Assembly (NCBI GenBank): GCA_973895155.1
Contig: OZ316897.1
Location: 14,507,375-14,571,374, forward strand
DNA from: Marsupella aquatica
Taxonomy: Eukaryota > Plantae > Marchantiophyta
Direction: 5' to 3'
Length of the DNA stretch: 64,000 nucleotides
Part shown: positions 1 through 14,299 of the stretch, piece by piece
Position numbering within the stretch: position 1 is the stretch's first letter
Layout: each line of letters begins with the position of its first letter
Notes under the pieces: model-generated
Told to the model about the DNA's origin: nothing
Seen by the model: only the letters and a program-made list of their open reading frames with translations
Databases searched by the model: none
Translations under genes and position numbers: made by a program

Positions 1-112
1 AGTGATACTTTCAAGCCTAAAGCTCCTCAGGCAGTTATCCTGCCCTAAAAATAACTGATGTCATTCATGATATCATTCAGTGATACTTTCATGCCTTGAG
101 CTCCTCAGGCAG
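1..112. repeat. Short direct repeat (34 bp, 78-bp spacing)
   Basis: agtgatactttcaagcctaaagctcctcaggcag at 1-34 recurs with 3 mismatches at 79-112; it may continue left of the window. Confidence 0.7.
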
Positions 113-2625
113 GCATGACAGTATCTCATGTAGAGAGCCAAGGACAAAGGTCAAAATCTTTCCGGCCCTTGAGGTCCGGAACTCTGCCCTGTAAATAAAA
201 CAATAAATATTCGGTAAATAGACAGGTCCTGAAGTTTGCCTTATGAATAAAACAAAATATGCATTGGGTGAATAGACAAACACACGATTGTGTTGTCATT
301 GAAGATCTGCTTTTGGGAGTCCAAAGGGCCACATTTTTTAGAGCTGCCCACTTGTGAGTTGGCCAAGAAAATAGTAATAGGGTACACAGAAAAGTGTTAC
401 GTACAGTGATAACATGCATTTGCTTTATTTTTAGCAGTTGTTGATGAGCATGCTTGGACAATAGATGACAGTGAGTTGTGGCCAGGCTGGGCTCATACAC
501 AAGCAAAGGTTAGCAAGCCCAAGGTCCCACCTACTGTACATAGTCACATTGTCATGGAAGAATCCTGCTTAGTAAATAATTATGAAATTCACGTTGTCAA
601 GCAAGAATTTTGCTTAGTAAATATGAATTCATAGCTATATGCAGGCAAACTTTCAAGACGTGTGAAATCATGACTGATCCTTGTGATTTTACCTTCTTCA
701 TGGGCGTATCTATAGTAGCTTCTCATTCTTTTTCCTGATGCGGTCAAAGATTACATATCAACTCAATTATGTTTGGGTTGTCTCCTTTCAGTAGAACTCA
801 CCACATATTAATTCTTTGCCGGTCATATTTTTTTTCAAAACAGAATTTTTCTACGATAGTAAGAAACTTTGAAGTATGGTGTCATATATTTCCAATTACT
901 ACGTCAAGATGGAAACAACTTCCTCTGAGGAAGAGGATGGGGGATATTCACAGAGGGTTTACTGGCAGCAGGATATTAAAGATAATGTAGTGTAATGAAG
1001 GGAGTGCCAGATGCTCCCGAGTGTGGATTTAGTGGTAACGGTGGGCCTACATTGATATCCTTCTGAGTATTCATTTGTACTTTTCCCATTTTGTAAATCA
1101 GTTTGCAAAGATCTTGTAATTGGTTAAAAGCTCAAGAGCACCGAAGTTTAACTTCGAATCTGATGTTTTCTCCTCTATCGACTGGGATCATGGCTTGGGT
1201 TTAAAATTACCAGCCAGGTCAATAACGTGAAATAACTGAGGCTATGCCCCGCGCTGATCAATGCTATATCGTTATTGTGATTTTCACAACAAAGCCTGGC
1301 CAAACATGTTGATAAGCAGGTTCGGACATCCTTATCAACATGCACACGGTTAGTCTACTATCTCTTCATTCGATCTCGCTGCTGGTCCCAACTTTGCATC
1401 CGATCCTTGTTGCTATCTAACAGCTGGGTAAATATCATTCACATAATTTATATCAGACTCTTAGGTCTGAATACGTGCTACGTCCTGAGAGTGTGATATA
1501 AATTATACCTGCAACTCGGGTTTGAATTGATCATGTTATATGACTGGAGAATTGGAGAAACTACTGGATTGAAAGTATTGTAGTGAATAACATCATATTA
1601 GAAAGGTGGGCCGTGGACAAGAAAACTGAAATTCATACTCGGCGATAAAGGGAGCTGGAATTGGTGCTTGTCTTCCAGCTTTCATCCCCCGTCACGTCAG
1701 ATGTTTTCCTTGGAATCGTCACTTCAAATGTTTTGATTGCCGAAATTTCAAGAAAATGTGCAAATGGCAGTCCAGAACATGCAAAGGAGGAAAATGCAGC
1801 GTGAACATCACGATGTGCCATCTCCGGTTCCACGAGACCCTTTTTGCACATATTCTCAATCGATATCTATTCCTGTAGTCGGAGTGATGAGGGCTAGCTA
1901 GCTACGTACTGAGTCACCTCCAGCCACTGGAGCAACCCGAGTTTTGAGACATGCTGGGCCCTGAATATCCATGACGCCCTTCGATTCTCTTTCGAACAGA
2001 GGACATGTCCATCGAGTAACTAAGGTTTCATTGGCAGCAGCACCTCCCTTACTCTGTTGCCGATCACCTTTCAGCTGTCAGCTCCAAATCTTGATGAGTT
2101 TCCAACCTTAACAGCTGCATGGATCATTTGGGTGGGCAAGGATCCCGCTCGAAGACCAAACCTAGCGCGGTCTATTTGATGTGCCACCTGCATCTACTTC
2201 TAATGAGAGTACCATCACGGACGACTGGAATCTGAAAAAAGTCTGGGTGATGCGTCAGAATAACCTCAGTTCTCATTAGTCAGTATCCGATTCGACAGTC
2301 ACTCGTCAATCATTCATGGTTCTCACATTGTGAACTTCCGCGAGAATGGAAGGTGCTGACGTGCATTTGAGAAGACGGGGTAGGGACAGACGAGCGACGG
2401 GGTCGGTTCGATTCGAGGCCGAGTCGGAAACCTTGCTGGCTGGCCTTATAAGAGAGGGTCGCTGCACAGTGCCTCAGTTTGTGCTTCAATATCGAGTAGA
2501 GTCTGGAACGGCGCAATCAAAATACAAGTAGCTGTAGCGGAGCGGAGGTTTCATCCAGAGGAGGCAGTTCGAGTAAGGAGACTTAAGCCTGTACTACTGC
2601 AGATCTGTAGTAAAGTAAAGTGACA

Positions 2626-4071
2626 ATGGGCAAAGGTTTTAGAATTCTCAATCTAATCAAGCCATTTCTTTCCTTTCTTCCCGAAGTGCAGCCAGCAGAG
2701 AAGAAGGTGCTACTTCGTGAGAAAGTGCTATATACAGTGATTACATTGCTTATTTTCTTAGTATGCTCTCAGCTACCTCTCTATGGAATCCACTCGGCAA
2801 CGGGTTCAGATCCACTCTACTGGATGAGAGCGATTCTAGCATCCAACAGGGGTACACTTATGGAGCTTGGCATTACTCCTCTCGTCACCTCGGGGATGGT
2901 TGTGCAGCTCTTAGTAGGGTCTAAGGTCATGAAATTTGACAACAGCGTACGGGGGGATCGGGACCTTTTGAACGGTGCCCAGAAGCTGTTGGGGATTCTG
3001 ATCACTTTGGGACAAGCGGTCGTCTACGTTCTATCTGGAATGTATGGGGACGTCGGAACTCTTGGAGCGGGGAATGCCACCTTGATCATCGTTCAGCTCG
3101 TGTTCTGTGGCGTACTTCTCATTTGTTTGGACGAGCTACTGCAGAAAGGATATGGGCTCGGATCTGCCACCAATTTGTTCATTGCCACCAACATCTGTGA
3201 GAACATCATCTGGAGAGCGTTCAGCCCGATGACCATCAACTATGGCCGTGGACCGGAGTTTGAGGGGGCTGTGGTTTCTTTGTTCCAGGGTCTCATCTCA
3301 AGGACTGGCAAAGTGCAAGCATTGCGGGAGGCATTTTTCAGACAAAATCTTCCGAATTTGACCAGTCTAGTGTCGACGGTTGTGGTATTCTTGATTGTTG
3401 TCTACTTCCAAGGCTTCCAAGTTGTGCTGCCTGTTCGTTCAATCAAGAGCCGTGGAGGGCGGCAATCTTACCCGATCAAGCTCTTCTACACCTCCAACAT
3501 GCCCATCATCCTCCAGTCCGCCTTGGTTTCCAATGTCTACTTCATCTCACAATTGTTGTACAAGAATTTCGGTGGTTTCTTTCTCGTTCGACTCCTTGGT
3601 GATTGGAAGGAGTCGGAGTACTTGCGAAATGGACAATTGATTCCTGCTGGAGGGCTCGTGTATTACATCACTCCTCCTAGTTTGGGAAGCATTTGGGCTG
3701 ATCCTTTCCATGCCTTGTTCTACATGGCATTCATGTTGACAGCATGTGCCCTTTTCTCGAAGGTGTGGATTCAAGTGTCTGGGTCGTCAGCGAGGGATGT
3801 TGCAAAACAGCTTAAGCAACAAAACATCATGATGCCTGGCCATCGTGAATCAAGCATGGAGAAGGAGCTCAATCGCTACATTCCAACAGCGGCTGCTTTT
3901 GGTGGAATGTGCATTGGGGCGTTGACGATCATTGCAGATTTAACGGGTGCCATTGGGTCAGGCACAGGAATCTTACTCACCGTGTCCATCCTCTATCAAA
4001 CCCTAGAAACTCTTGCAAAGGAACAACCTAACGAGTCAGGACTTTTTGGATTTTCAAGGAGTATTTTTTGA
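2626..4071 (+). CDS. SEC61A: Protein transport protein Sec61 subunit alpha, intronless and divergent
   Basis: Single ORF; first ATG at 2626 gives 481 aa. It has the hallmark motifs [61 protein letters not shown] and [11 protein letters not shown]. Confidence 0.96.
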   Translation: MGKGFRILNLIKPFLSFLPEVQPAEKKVLLREKVLYTVITLLIFLVCSQLPLYGIHSATGSDPLYWMRAILASNRGTLMELGITPLVTSGMVVQLLVGSKVMKFDNSVRGDRDLLNGAQKLLGILITLGQAVVYVLSGMYGDVGTLGAGNATLIIVQLVFCGVLLICLDELLQKGYGLGSATNLFIATNICENIIWRAFSPMTINYGRGPEFEGAVVSLFQGLISRTGKVQALREAFFRQNLPNLTSLVSTVVVFLIVVYFQGFQVVLPVRSIKSRGGRQSYPIKLFYTSNMPIILQSALVSNVYFISQLLYKNFGGFFLVRLLGDWKESEYLRNGQLIPAGGLVYYITPPSLGSIWADPFHALFYMAFMLTACALFSKVWIQVSGSSARDVAKQLKQQNIMMPGHRESSMEKELNRYIPTAAAFGGMCIGALTIIADLTGAIGSGTGILLTVSILYQTLETLAKEQPNESGLFGFSRSIF

Positions 4072-5526
4072 GACTTGCAGTTTTAAATGTTTTAATTACT
4101 ACCTTGAAACACATGGCGAGGCTACAAGAGAAGTTACCTGTATATGGAGCTTTCGTAGGCACCGAAAGCTAAGGGGGAAGAGCTTAAATTGCTTTAGGAG
4201 AAGCTGCGACTTCTCATAGCTTCCCTAGTGGATAACTTCACCTCAGACAGTTTGACCTAATCTTCGGAAACCGAAGCACAGCTATTGAAGAGAATCTGGA
4301 ACTGTTACGCTAGCTTCAGGAGAAAGTTTAGGTCAGGTTGTGAATTCAAGGGTAGGTAGATTTGTAAGAAGCTTCTCCTACCAGACTTTTGATGTTTCTC
4401 ACTTCATGTTAAAATTGCAACTTACGAACAAACCAGCAACTGGTGATTTACTCTTGCGAGAAGTAGGGACTGCCACAACATTACAAAAACAAATGGTGAT
4501 GTACTCTTGTGAGATCATACAAGTGCTTGCCTCAATCATTTTGATGTCTGGTCAATGACACTTGAAGTTTGTGCATATGCGATCCTGAGGGCATTTGATA
4601 ATGTTAGCTCACTGAATGTATCTGTCTGCATTTTGTGAGGATATTTCCGTCTAAGATTAGGTCAGATATTCGTTGGCAGAAGGCACATCTGGTGAAACAA
4701 AAAGCCGTAGAGAATGACATCACGCAGGTTCTCGCTTGCACACATTGTTTCTTAAATTTCAGGATTCCGACCGTGTACTTGTATGTAATGCAATGAGGAA
4801 CTAAGAACTAGTGCCTGACATTTTCTCCATTGTTGAGAATTTAGATCGTAGATTGGAACAGATATTAACTCCTGGAAGACACCACACAAGAATGTCTTCC
4901 CACCCCATGTCAAACAAATTGTCAATATGAAGCGATACAGATTTTGATACTCTTGATTAAGTTGCCATGTGTTACCGGTTTTGATACTTTGAATTATAGA
5001 TTGGTGGACGACTCTTCTCTCAACCTACATCATGACTTTCTTTTCAGCCGGCTTTCCAGTTAATACCAGGAGCAAACGAAGGCCCCTCTCCAGAGGGTAG
5101 ATTTAATCTAAGGTAATAGGACTCGAGGATCCTAATCGACACTCCATGCACAAGCCTTGCAACTGAGGCATTTCAACAACCAGTAACCACCTTATACAAC
5201 TTATTTCTGCAAAATTTCTCCATGTCAAGGTACATGGCCGTAGTTGTCAATGTATGATAACAAGACCTAATCTATCCCGTGCATCTCTTCGGACTAATCT
5301 CAGCATTGTTGGCAAAGAACGGACTGTGAAATGATGGAGACAGCCTACAACCAGCTCCACACTTCTACAGTTCTCCATTGTACACAAATGAACTTACATA
5401 GCTAGAAACGTTGCTTCAAAGGAGAAGCCCCATGCATCTCACCGTACATTTTTCTTACCACGAGGAATTTCCTGATCAACTACTGAATACAATCACGTAG
5501 CGTCTATGAGTCTTAACCTTTAAGCG

Positions 5527-8500
5527 CTACTTTTCGATCTTGACGCCTACTCCAAAGCAAATATCACACTCAACTGCACCGGAACCTTCACAATATGGAC
5601 ATTTAGCCTCCCCCTCATCCAACCACTCGAGGAACTGCACAAAATTACACGACCTTGCAGGAATCAGGATAACTGGACTGCCGTCATCATCGACACCTAC
5701 CACGGCGAGGTTTCTATGCACTGGCCACACATAATGTCGGATTCCTGTGGAGGGACCATGAATAGACAACGACTCCTTCCAGGGCTCTCGATTACTGCAC
5801 TTAGGTTCGAGCAAGAAGTTTGGCCAAAACCAATTGTCAAAAGAATTCCTTCTATATTTGTTAGCCCAAATAGATTGTTCGTTTCAACCTTTCTGACATT
5901 GACCACACACAAAGCTCAAGGTTTCCAAACGACGTTCAACCTTTCAGCATGCTTAGAAGACCTTTCCTACACTTACAGCATCAACTTTGTTTAAACAATG
6001 TGCTTTCACAAGCGAACCGAAGGTAATGAAATATGTATCAGTCAGGTAGCTCCTAAGAACGTCAGTACTATCTTAATGTGTAGTGTTTTATACTAAAGTA
6101 AAGTTTTTTATACCTGCTCCTCGACATTGAGATCGCCAGTACCTTCACAATCTGCATAGAAACTTATGGTAAGTAACAAAACGTTACTCCATTCTCGTTA
6201 ATAACGACATTCAACAACATATTAAGCTCAACTATAAAGAGCACAATTCAATGCTCTCAACACTTACCTGTACAAAGCATTGTCCCAACACCTCTGCATG
6301 AGAAGCACATATCAGCTCCCACCTTCATTTTGGGAGTTTGCCCATTCTCTTTTCTTCTGTGTTCATCCTGCTTTTTCTGGACCCTGCCAGGTTCCTCCCA
6401 TCGGTTCTCTCCCAGAAGGTACACACGCCTTGATGAACCAGTGCCCGTTTCCTGGGCATCTGACCGCTCGTATTTATCGATTTCCCTTTTTCTCAAATCC
6501 TCACTGGGGACTAGTTGCTTAACTTTTGGAGAACGTTCCTTGGGTTTTATTGTGTCCGCCTGGAAAACAGTACAAAAAGCAACGCAACGTCACATGCATG
6601 ATTTGAAAGCAAAGGATCAATTCTTTCATTCCTCAAGAAAACATAGCATTTTATGTGTATGAATGTTGTAATTGGACCACTCCCTATACCTCAATACCCG
6701 AGCAATTCAGAGCTTCAGAAGTGACAACCTGTAATGCCCCACTTATTTAAGATTTGGGATACCATGTGTTCCACTGGATTGCTCCAGAGTCATGACTTAT
6801 ATTCCGGAACATCTTGTGACAGAAACCTGTGTTGTTAGTTGCACTACAGTAGATGGGGACAATCCACACATTCACGTTGGACAGATGTGGCACTGTATCT
6901 TACCTTTGCCGTAGGTTGGGAGTTTGACTTCGCTTCCTCTTTTGTTGACGGAAGCTGGGCCTCTACTTCGGCAAGTAAGGCTGCCATCAATTCTTTCGTG
7001 ACTTTCCCATCTTCAGGGATTCCACGTGTTGACTGTAACCCCATACAGCACCGGGAAACCATTGCAAGGGTCAAGAACTCAGTCGTTCTTTTGTCACATT
7101 CAGATAGGTGAGTCATCAGAACAGAACTATACCGGCAAGACGAACTCTAGGTCACCGAACGGCAACCTTCCTACGTCTATCGAGGATTATGGTAATACCT
7201 GCCAAGTTTTGACTGCACGAATAGTCCCATCTGAGAAGACTGAAAATTCTATATCCTCCTCCCCTGAATGAAATCCTAGTCCAGAAAGGGCATCCTGCAC
7301 AACGTGATAGTCAGGCCATGACCAAGTCGATTCCCATATTCTAAAAATATAAAATGTTCAGCTGCAGTCGAACGGTTTAGTAGTGAAGAATCACAAAACA
7401 AATTAATCTCTTTTTGGTTACACAGATTGAATGTGCAATTTTCACATTCAAACATAAGTCTAATTCTATCTGGAAAGCCCTCTCCTTGGGAATCCACAAG
7501 AGATCTTCCTTTGCGCCTATTACTAATTTCATCTTTAAAATTGTTGTCCAACTTTCTCCATAAAATGACGGGAGATTTTAGTAGCCTGTCTGCACCCCCG
7601 CCTGTGGGTTAACTATGCTTACAGGAGCGGAAGCAATAAAGATACAGAGAACCGGTACACAGAAAGAATGCCTTTCTTCTAGGGTTGAAACTGTCTCCAC
7701 AGCAAACAAGGTCAAGAAGCAGGCAACGCTCCGAAAAGAAAGTAATGTGGGAAAAAATTCTCTCATGCACAATTGCAGTAATGCCAGCTTTCTCCACTTA
7801 CATGCAGTGCTTTCACATCATCGCCCTCCATTCCAGATTTCATAGTTCTCTTAGCTGTAGCTGTGGTGGCGGGCGCATTGCTGATGGTGGTGGCGGCGGG
7901 CGCATTACTAGTAGCGCCATTTCCTGACTTAGAAGGGCTGCGAGAAGCTTGAGACGAAGAACTTGCTTCCGGATCGTTGCCCCGGCCCCGCTTGGGAGTT
8001 ACAACCGCAATGATTTTGCCTGGAGATGCCACAAAGCTGACCGGAGAAACTACTGGCTGAGGTTTTCCTACAACAATTGTAGTAGATGATTTTTCAGAGA
8101 GAGGAACGGTGCCTGGAATTTGCTTCAGTACCTCAGGACTATCAAGCACAGGCAAGTCCTCAGAGCCAAGACTGTGGAGAAGATTCCTCATCCCTGCCAC
8201 GAGATTTCTGAGGGAAATATCTGTAGTCTCCCCTCCATAGCCCCTTTGCACTCGCAGTTCCTCCAATTCCTTCTTCAAGGCTCTTACTTCTTGCTGCAAT
8301 TCCTGGTTGGCCTCCGTCCAGCGTGCCTCCTCCCTTTCCCACCTCTTCTCCTCCCTCACCCATCTCTGCTCTTCTCTCATCCATCTCTGCTCTTCTCTCA
8401 TCCATCTCTGCTCTTCTCTGTCGTAGTGTGAATCGTTCTGGATAGCTTTCACACAGCTGACCCGCCGCTTTCCCCTCCCTTCGATTTGCTTCTGAGTCTC

Positions 8501-9133
8501 CCCAGGTAACCGGCTGTAGCATGACACCAACTCGAACGTCGCGGCGCGGAAGCATGAGAGCGTAAACATTCGGCGATGATGAATTGCTACAGGGGAAGAG
8601 TTTGATCCACTGAAAGCATTCCTCTGAGTGCTCCCTCGAGCGCCTCCAATCTGGGTGAATTGGGAACCCACAGGCAATAATCCAGCAATCGTCAGAAATC
8701 AATATCTCTGACCTCTTACCCTCCCTTCCTTGTGCCATTGGGCCTGGCTTACCCTCTGTCCTTTGCACTTCTTGTGAGAATAAATCTTCAGACTTCAAAA
8801 GCAATTCATCCCGTCACTTCAAAACTTCCAAAGTCCTAGACTGTAGAAAGAAGTGACCATTCTATTCCAATGACAGAATTCACGTACCTCAGCAACAGCA
8901 ACCAGAGGCGCTCTCGTTGCTTGCCCAGCTAAACATACTCTGCAATGCTCTGCTCCTGCACTGCAGTTCCACGATTTCGAATTCCCCGACAGTCGTGTTG
9001 CACATGTAGTACTGCTGCTTTTGAATGAGCAGCCATGGCAGAATGCTAGCAAGCTACCGGTCCGCCGCTGACCCAATCTGCCCGAAACAGAGCAGATAGT
9101 CGCCCCCGTGACGATGGCATTGCTGCCGGACAT
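5527..9133 (-). CDS. PTAC5: Plastid transcriptionally active 5 (pTAC5)-like protein, 7 exons
   Basis: Exons with GT-AG boundaries and consistent phase: 9133-8888, 8650-7802, 7294-7199, 7032-6904, 6559-6268, 6151-6114, 5634-5527. Encodes a transit-like N-terminus, REEQRW repeats, a peptidoglycan-binding-like domain (GMEGDDVKALHDALSGLGFHSGEEDIEFSVFSDGTIRAVKTWQ), RVYLLGENRWEEP and four CxxCxGxG motifs. Confidence 0.9.
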
Positions 9134-11734
9134 GGCTAACCTTCAGCGAAATCAATCAATGGAGCTGCAATCAATGCAGTCCTTCCGTGGGTGCAACACC
9201 AAATGAACCAAAGCAGGAAAACAGAATTCAAACAGAGAATCCGAATAGACAACTCACACACCAAATTTCCCAGTGCACCAATCAATCATTGCATACTACT
9301 GGATCCGGAATTGCTTTGAAAGCTTGGACAAGAGTGGACCGATATCTACAATTCCCACCTATGCTACTTGGAAGTTTATGGGCTTTGCAGCTCCATGTCT
9401 GAGGGGACGAGAAGACGTTATGCTATCATTCGAATCAGGGAGTGTGTCTTTCTCTGTTGTGAGTGAAGGACATGCCGAGGTAGTAGGATTGTAGGTTGGA
9501 TGAAGTTACTCAGAAGGCTGTGTTGTCCAGTGGTATGGCAAAAGCTTTGCTGCTCTAGATTCTTCTGGTACATACGGTAACGCATTTGCCCAGCTTTTCT
9601 GCTCTGGATTCTTCTAGTACCTACTGTAATGTACTTGTCCAGCCTCATCATGGTCTCAAGGTGTTTCCTGAATGTTCGCGTTCCTTCACATTGCGAAGTT
9701 CTGGTAGACCTTCTTCTTTTTTTGCCTCGAAAGAACTTCTGGTCGACCTTTTATATATTACAAACCCATTTTCGATGCTGCAAGTTTAGAGCATATTGGC
9801 TAGACAAGGTCCCTAATCTCCATCTTTGCCTTTGGCAGCCTTTTTTCCATGCTAAGCTCCCCACTCTCAACATGTATTACTCCCAAAATGGATGGAGGCC
9901 GAGCACCCAAATGGGCGTAGGGGGCTGCTACATTTGGCAGTAGTGGTGGTCACCCAAGGCAACCGCAAAATGCTCTCCCATATTAAACGAGGGTCTTCCA
10001 GCCACATTTGTCATTTGTGATGAGAAACTCATACCCGGAAACAAATTATTATTGACCCTCATGGGAAGTTCATTCCAAAATTCCTGGATGCACATGCAGT
10101 CACATTGATTTGTCACAAACAAGAACTATTAGTTATGCAAAAACCAAATTTGACTATTTGTGTTTGAGGCAAGACAAAAATAACAGTTAGACCCTATAAA
10201 TGTAAAAACAATTATGGAAAAGTGAAAAGTAGCACTTAAAGTAAACAAAGAAAAGGGTAAACTAGGGGTGAAAGAAAAATAACCTTTGGATGAGTTGTTT
10301 ATTAATATATGAGTGTTTTCTGATAATCTGTTTCAATTTTCTATTTAATTTACACATTTTTTGAAATAATGACAAGTAGAAAAAACTCTTCAACTACTCT
10401 AATATTTATCAAGGTAACATAATAACACAATAAACTTTTCAACTTCTCTAATATTTACCAAGGTAACTTAAGACACCCATTCGCTACTATAGATAGAGGA
10501 GTAACAAACAAATATACAAAACACCACAATTACTATGGGTAGAGGAATACCAAGAGACTCTCAGGACCTTTCAACTATTATGGACAAAGTACTAATATTT
10601 TGCATAAATTATATGGAATGGTACAAGTATTGTATAGACATAGAGGTATTAACTAAGGGAAAAAAATTGCATGGAGAATTACCCTTGGTATTAGCATGAA
10701 TGTATGCCTATTTGTTATCAATGAAAATGTCCTAACAACCTTAGTTTAAAATTCACTTCATTTAGAATCCTCCATTTAATCTTCCATATATTCCAATGTG
10801 CAACTCTTCATGGTTCCAAATAGTTCAATAAACTAAGCTTACATAACCAAAGGGTCCTCAGACTAATTCTATCTGAACTCCAAAACTAATAATGGATAGA
10901 TGCTATTTCTGGAATGCACCGGTGGTGATTGATTTCATTAAAAAGATAAATCACAAAAGGAATAAATCACAAAAGTTTGACTTGTATTACATTTGCAAAG
11001 TGCTTTAGTGAACCCAAGTTTGGGATGGGGACTTGTGCAAAAGTTGGTTGACTAATGAAACTTGAATTCAGAATCTCACTTGTTGCAATGAAATCTACTA
11101 CTGGGCTACCCTTGTTGAGGAGACTAATATTGAGGAAACTTATGTGGATCTGCACAATGTAGGTAGCATTTACAAATGTGAAGATATATAATAGTTATCC
11201 TCATGTCTTCACATTCTGTGGGAGATGAGCATACAGTCTTCATGTTCTGTGAGAGATGAGCAACTTGCCATAACGGTCAGCAGTGAATGGTGGGACACAA
11301 TTTGCAATTTAAATCAGTGGTCATCCATATTAATATTGTGAGCCTTTTTTATGACTGCTCTTGATGATCAACAACTTAATTAGTTCTAGACATTAAGTAT
11401 GTGATGGGGTGTGAAACCCAACCTGACAGTAATTACTTGATTGGGGTGTGTAACCCAACATTTGCTTAAATAAGAGATTTAATGTATAACATAAGTTTAT
11501 GTGAACCGTAACCTTGTATGCAGCGACCAGTGTGTATTTTTGGGCTGGAATTGGAAACTTTGCTGAGAAAATAGTCAAATAGAAGCCCATGAGCACTTCA
11601 AAAGATTATAAACCTACTCAAAGGGGCTTTAGGGAGCTTTGAACCAGCTCAAAGTTTCCTCATTTCTGGAATGTTTTCAGAATGTTTTCGTAATTTCATT
11701 TCTAGAACTAGCTCAATACTCGTGCGTTGCACAA

Positions 11735-12120
11735 TAAATGTCGTCTCGGCCAAGATGTTGTTAAGAAAAAAGATGTTGTGTCGCCAATATGTCATTTTGG
11801 CCAAGAGCTCATTGAGAAAAAAGATGTGTCAGCCAAGATGTACGTCGTTGAGTAAAAGATGTCGTGTCGGCCAAGAGTGAGGCCGTTGAGAAAAAATATG
11901 TTGTGTCGACCAAGACACCATTGAGAAAAAAGATGTTGTGTTAGCCAAGTCAGAGGTTGTTGAGAAAAAATGTAGCATCGGCCAAGATGTCGTTGAGAAA
12001 AAAGTGTCGTCTTGGCCAAGATGTCATTGAGAAAAAAGATTTCATTGAGTATAACAATGTTGTACAATATGGTTGATAAGTAAAATATGTTGTTAGTCAA
12101 AGATGTTATGAAGTAAATGA
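11735..12120. repeat. ~36-bp degenerate tandem repeat at the Helitron 3' end
   Basis: Units resemble aagatgtcgtgtcggccaagatgtcgttgagaaaaa. Confidence 0.85.
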
Positions 12121-12572
12121 TGTTGTTAAGTACAAAAGTGAAAGAAGAACATTGTCACTTGATAAAATATTTTGAAGAGAATTATACACATGATGACATC
12201 TTAGTTTATTAATTTAGTAGAGGATTTCATCATATACAACATTTTTGGTTAACTTTGCTTCTCCATCTTCACTAATTATCTGGAAGTAACACTTTTATCC
12301 TTGTAGGAGATGTATGTTGCTCTTCAAAAGGCAACATTTAATTGACCATGACTAAAAATCAACTTAGAAAGTTGCAATCCTACATCTTCTAAACCATGTG
12401 CCTTATTATAGTCATGGCATAATTATGCCCAATATCTATCAAGGATACATCGTATAAGGCCCCCCTCATCCTACCCACCCACCCAACCTTGGCAATGTTC
12501 CTCCTGCTTCCAGTAGTTGTGCCTCATGCCCCTAAACCCATGTTTGCTTACTTGGCTTTGGCCGCTCCAATG

Positions 12573-12866
12573 CTCGGGGGTCTCACTATATGGATGCCTC
12601 CCCATCACCTGCGATGCTTTTAGGCCTCGGACCCCCTAAAATGTAAGATTTTAATTTTTTTCAACCCCTATAGAGTTGGAATATTATTGGAATCTTCCCA
12701 AAATTTGGTTATGAGGACCCTAATGTTCCTATAAGTCTCAAAATTTGATTTAAAAGACCCTATTGTTCTTCTCAAAAAATTTGTAAGTCTTCCCTCTGAA
12801 CCAATCAAATGACCCTATATTTCATCGCACGTGATGTACCATTTTTGTAAAAGTGAAACCCCTGAG
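12573..12866. mobile_element. MITE (294 bp) with 15-bp TIRs and 8-bp (up to 10-bp) TSD
   Basis: TIRs are CTCGGGGGTCTCACT and AGTGAAACCCCTGAG. The flanking direct repeat ctccaatg lies at 12565-12572 and 12867-12874. Confidence 0.85.
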
Positions 12867-13260
12867 CTCCAATGCCGAGACCCCTTGGGGTAATGACATG
12901 GCTTGGCCGACTTTTCAACGAAGTGTTTTTGTCACTCTTTGCTTTCAAGAACCCTATTGGTAATACCACTTTTTTGTGACTTTTTTGACTTAAAGTTGTC
13001 GTAGTCGCTTAGTAATTGGCTTTGGCCGCCCCAATCGAGACCCCTTGGGGGAACAGCACGGCTTGGCCTTTTTTCAACGATCCTTTTCCTACCCCCTTGC
13101 ATCCTAACCCCAATTTTTTGGTTACTTTAAGCTTTTAACTTAAAGTCTCCATTGTCAACTACTTCGCTTCGGCCCCCCCAATGCCAAGATCCCTTGGGGC
13201 AACAACACAGCTTGGCCCACTTTTCAACAAACCTTTTTCCTACCCCTTGCATGGAACCCC
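12867..13260. repeat. ~150-bp tandem repeat x3
   Basis: ccaatgccgagaccccttgggg...ggcttggcc...ttttcaac starts near 12869, 13031 and 13178. The MITE interrupts the first unit. Confidence 0.75.
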
Positions 13261-14299
13261 TTTGGTAACCTCATCCAAGTTTACTCAGCTCCTTAGTCGA
13301 CAACACCATTTCCCTTTACACTTCCCAACTTTGGATGTTTGAGAGGAGGTGGTCCCCTCATATATACTTCTAGGTACTTGCCACCCCCGGACCATATTTG
13401 GTCTCAATTTTTTGGGCCCCAACCTATGCATCTTTGAATTCTAAATCAGGTGGCAAGTAATCATGGCAAGGCCGAGGGCTCGGCGGTGTTCGGGTGACCG
13501 TGTTTTCTGGCAAGAGCATGTTGGCTCTTTTGAAGTTAACCTTGCATGCTCATAAGTTCTACACTAAAATCAAAATGATAATTCTAGTAACAAGGGTAGT
13601 GGGTATTAAGAAAGGTTCAGGTGAAATTAAAATACTGTTAAACCCTATTTCACCATACTTGCGGACCAACACATCACGAAAATTAGTTTTCTTACGACAT
13701 ATGATCCTAATATCTCCAAGAGAAAATGAAACAGGAATATCATCCGGACTCCTATTCAGATCCATGACTTCAATAAAGGACAAAGATGATGCACTCCTAC
13801 TCCTCTCGGTATGACACCACTGGGTATATTATTGGCTCGTTAGAAACCATAACAGCAGTTGCAAACTGAGCTCCAAAATGATAGGTTAGATGTTGCCTCA
13901 TAGATGGTTTGTCTAAAAGATGGACTCAAAAACGGATTACGAAGGGGAAGATCAGGGATAACTCTCTCTCCTGGATTCATGATGGCTCTCCTATTCCTTT
14001 GCTATCCGGGCCAAAGGACGCCCCACCCCTACATTCCCAAAGAAACCTTATTCCCTAAGGTCCCATCTATAAGTCTACCACTCATTCCTTTGCTATCCGG
14101 GCCGAAGGACGTCCCACTACTATGTTCAAGGCACAAAAGAGTTTCACAACCTTGAATGATAAACACTGCGGAATGAGGGGAGAGTGCCCCTCACCACTTT
14201 ATTTATAGTGCACACCAAGAGGGCATGGATCAAGCCCAAGCACTTGGATGAAGGCCAAGTGTCAAACATCTAATACCTAAGAGTGTGCTAGTACTGTTC

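Noticed and set aside
1630-1878. Cys-rich frame (KCFDCRNFKKMCKW..CKGGKC..CHLRFH) resembling a zinc finger
   Set aside because: Short, no upstream start or splice context, and the spacing does not fit a family I can name.
8160-8804. 214-aa alternative-frame ORF
   Set aside because: Shadow frame of pTAC5 exon 2, helped by its 21-bp coding repeats.
12450-14260. Possible solo LTRs nested in Helitron 1 (gggccccaac end, reverse TATA motifs)
   Set aside because: No matching TG...CA termini or TSD could be fixed.
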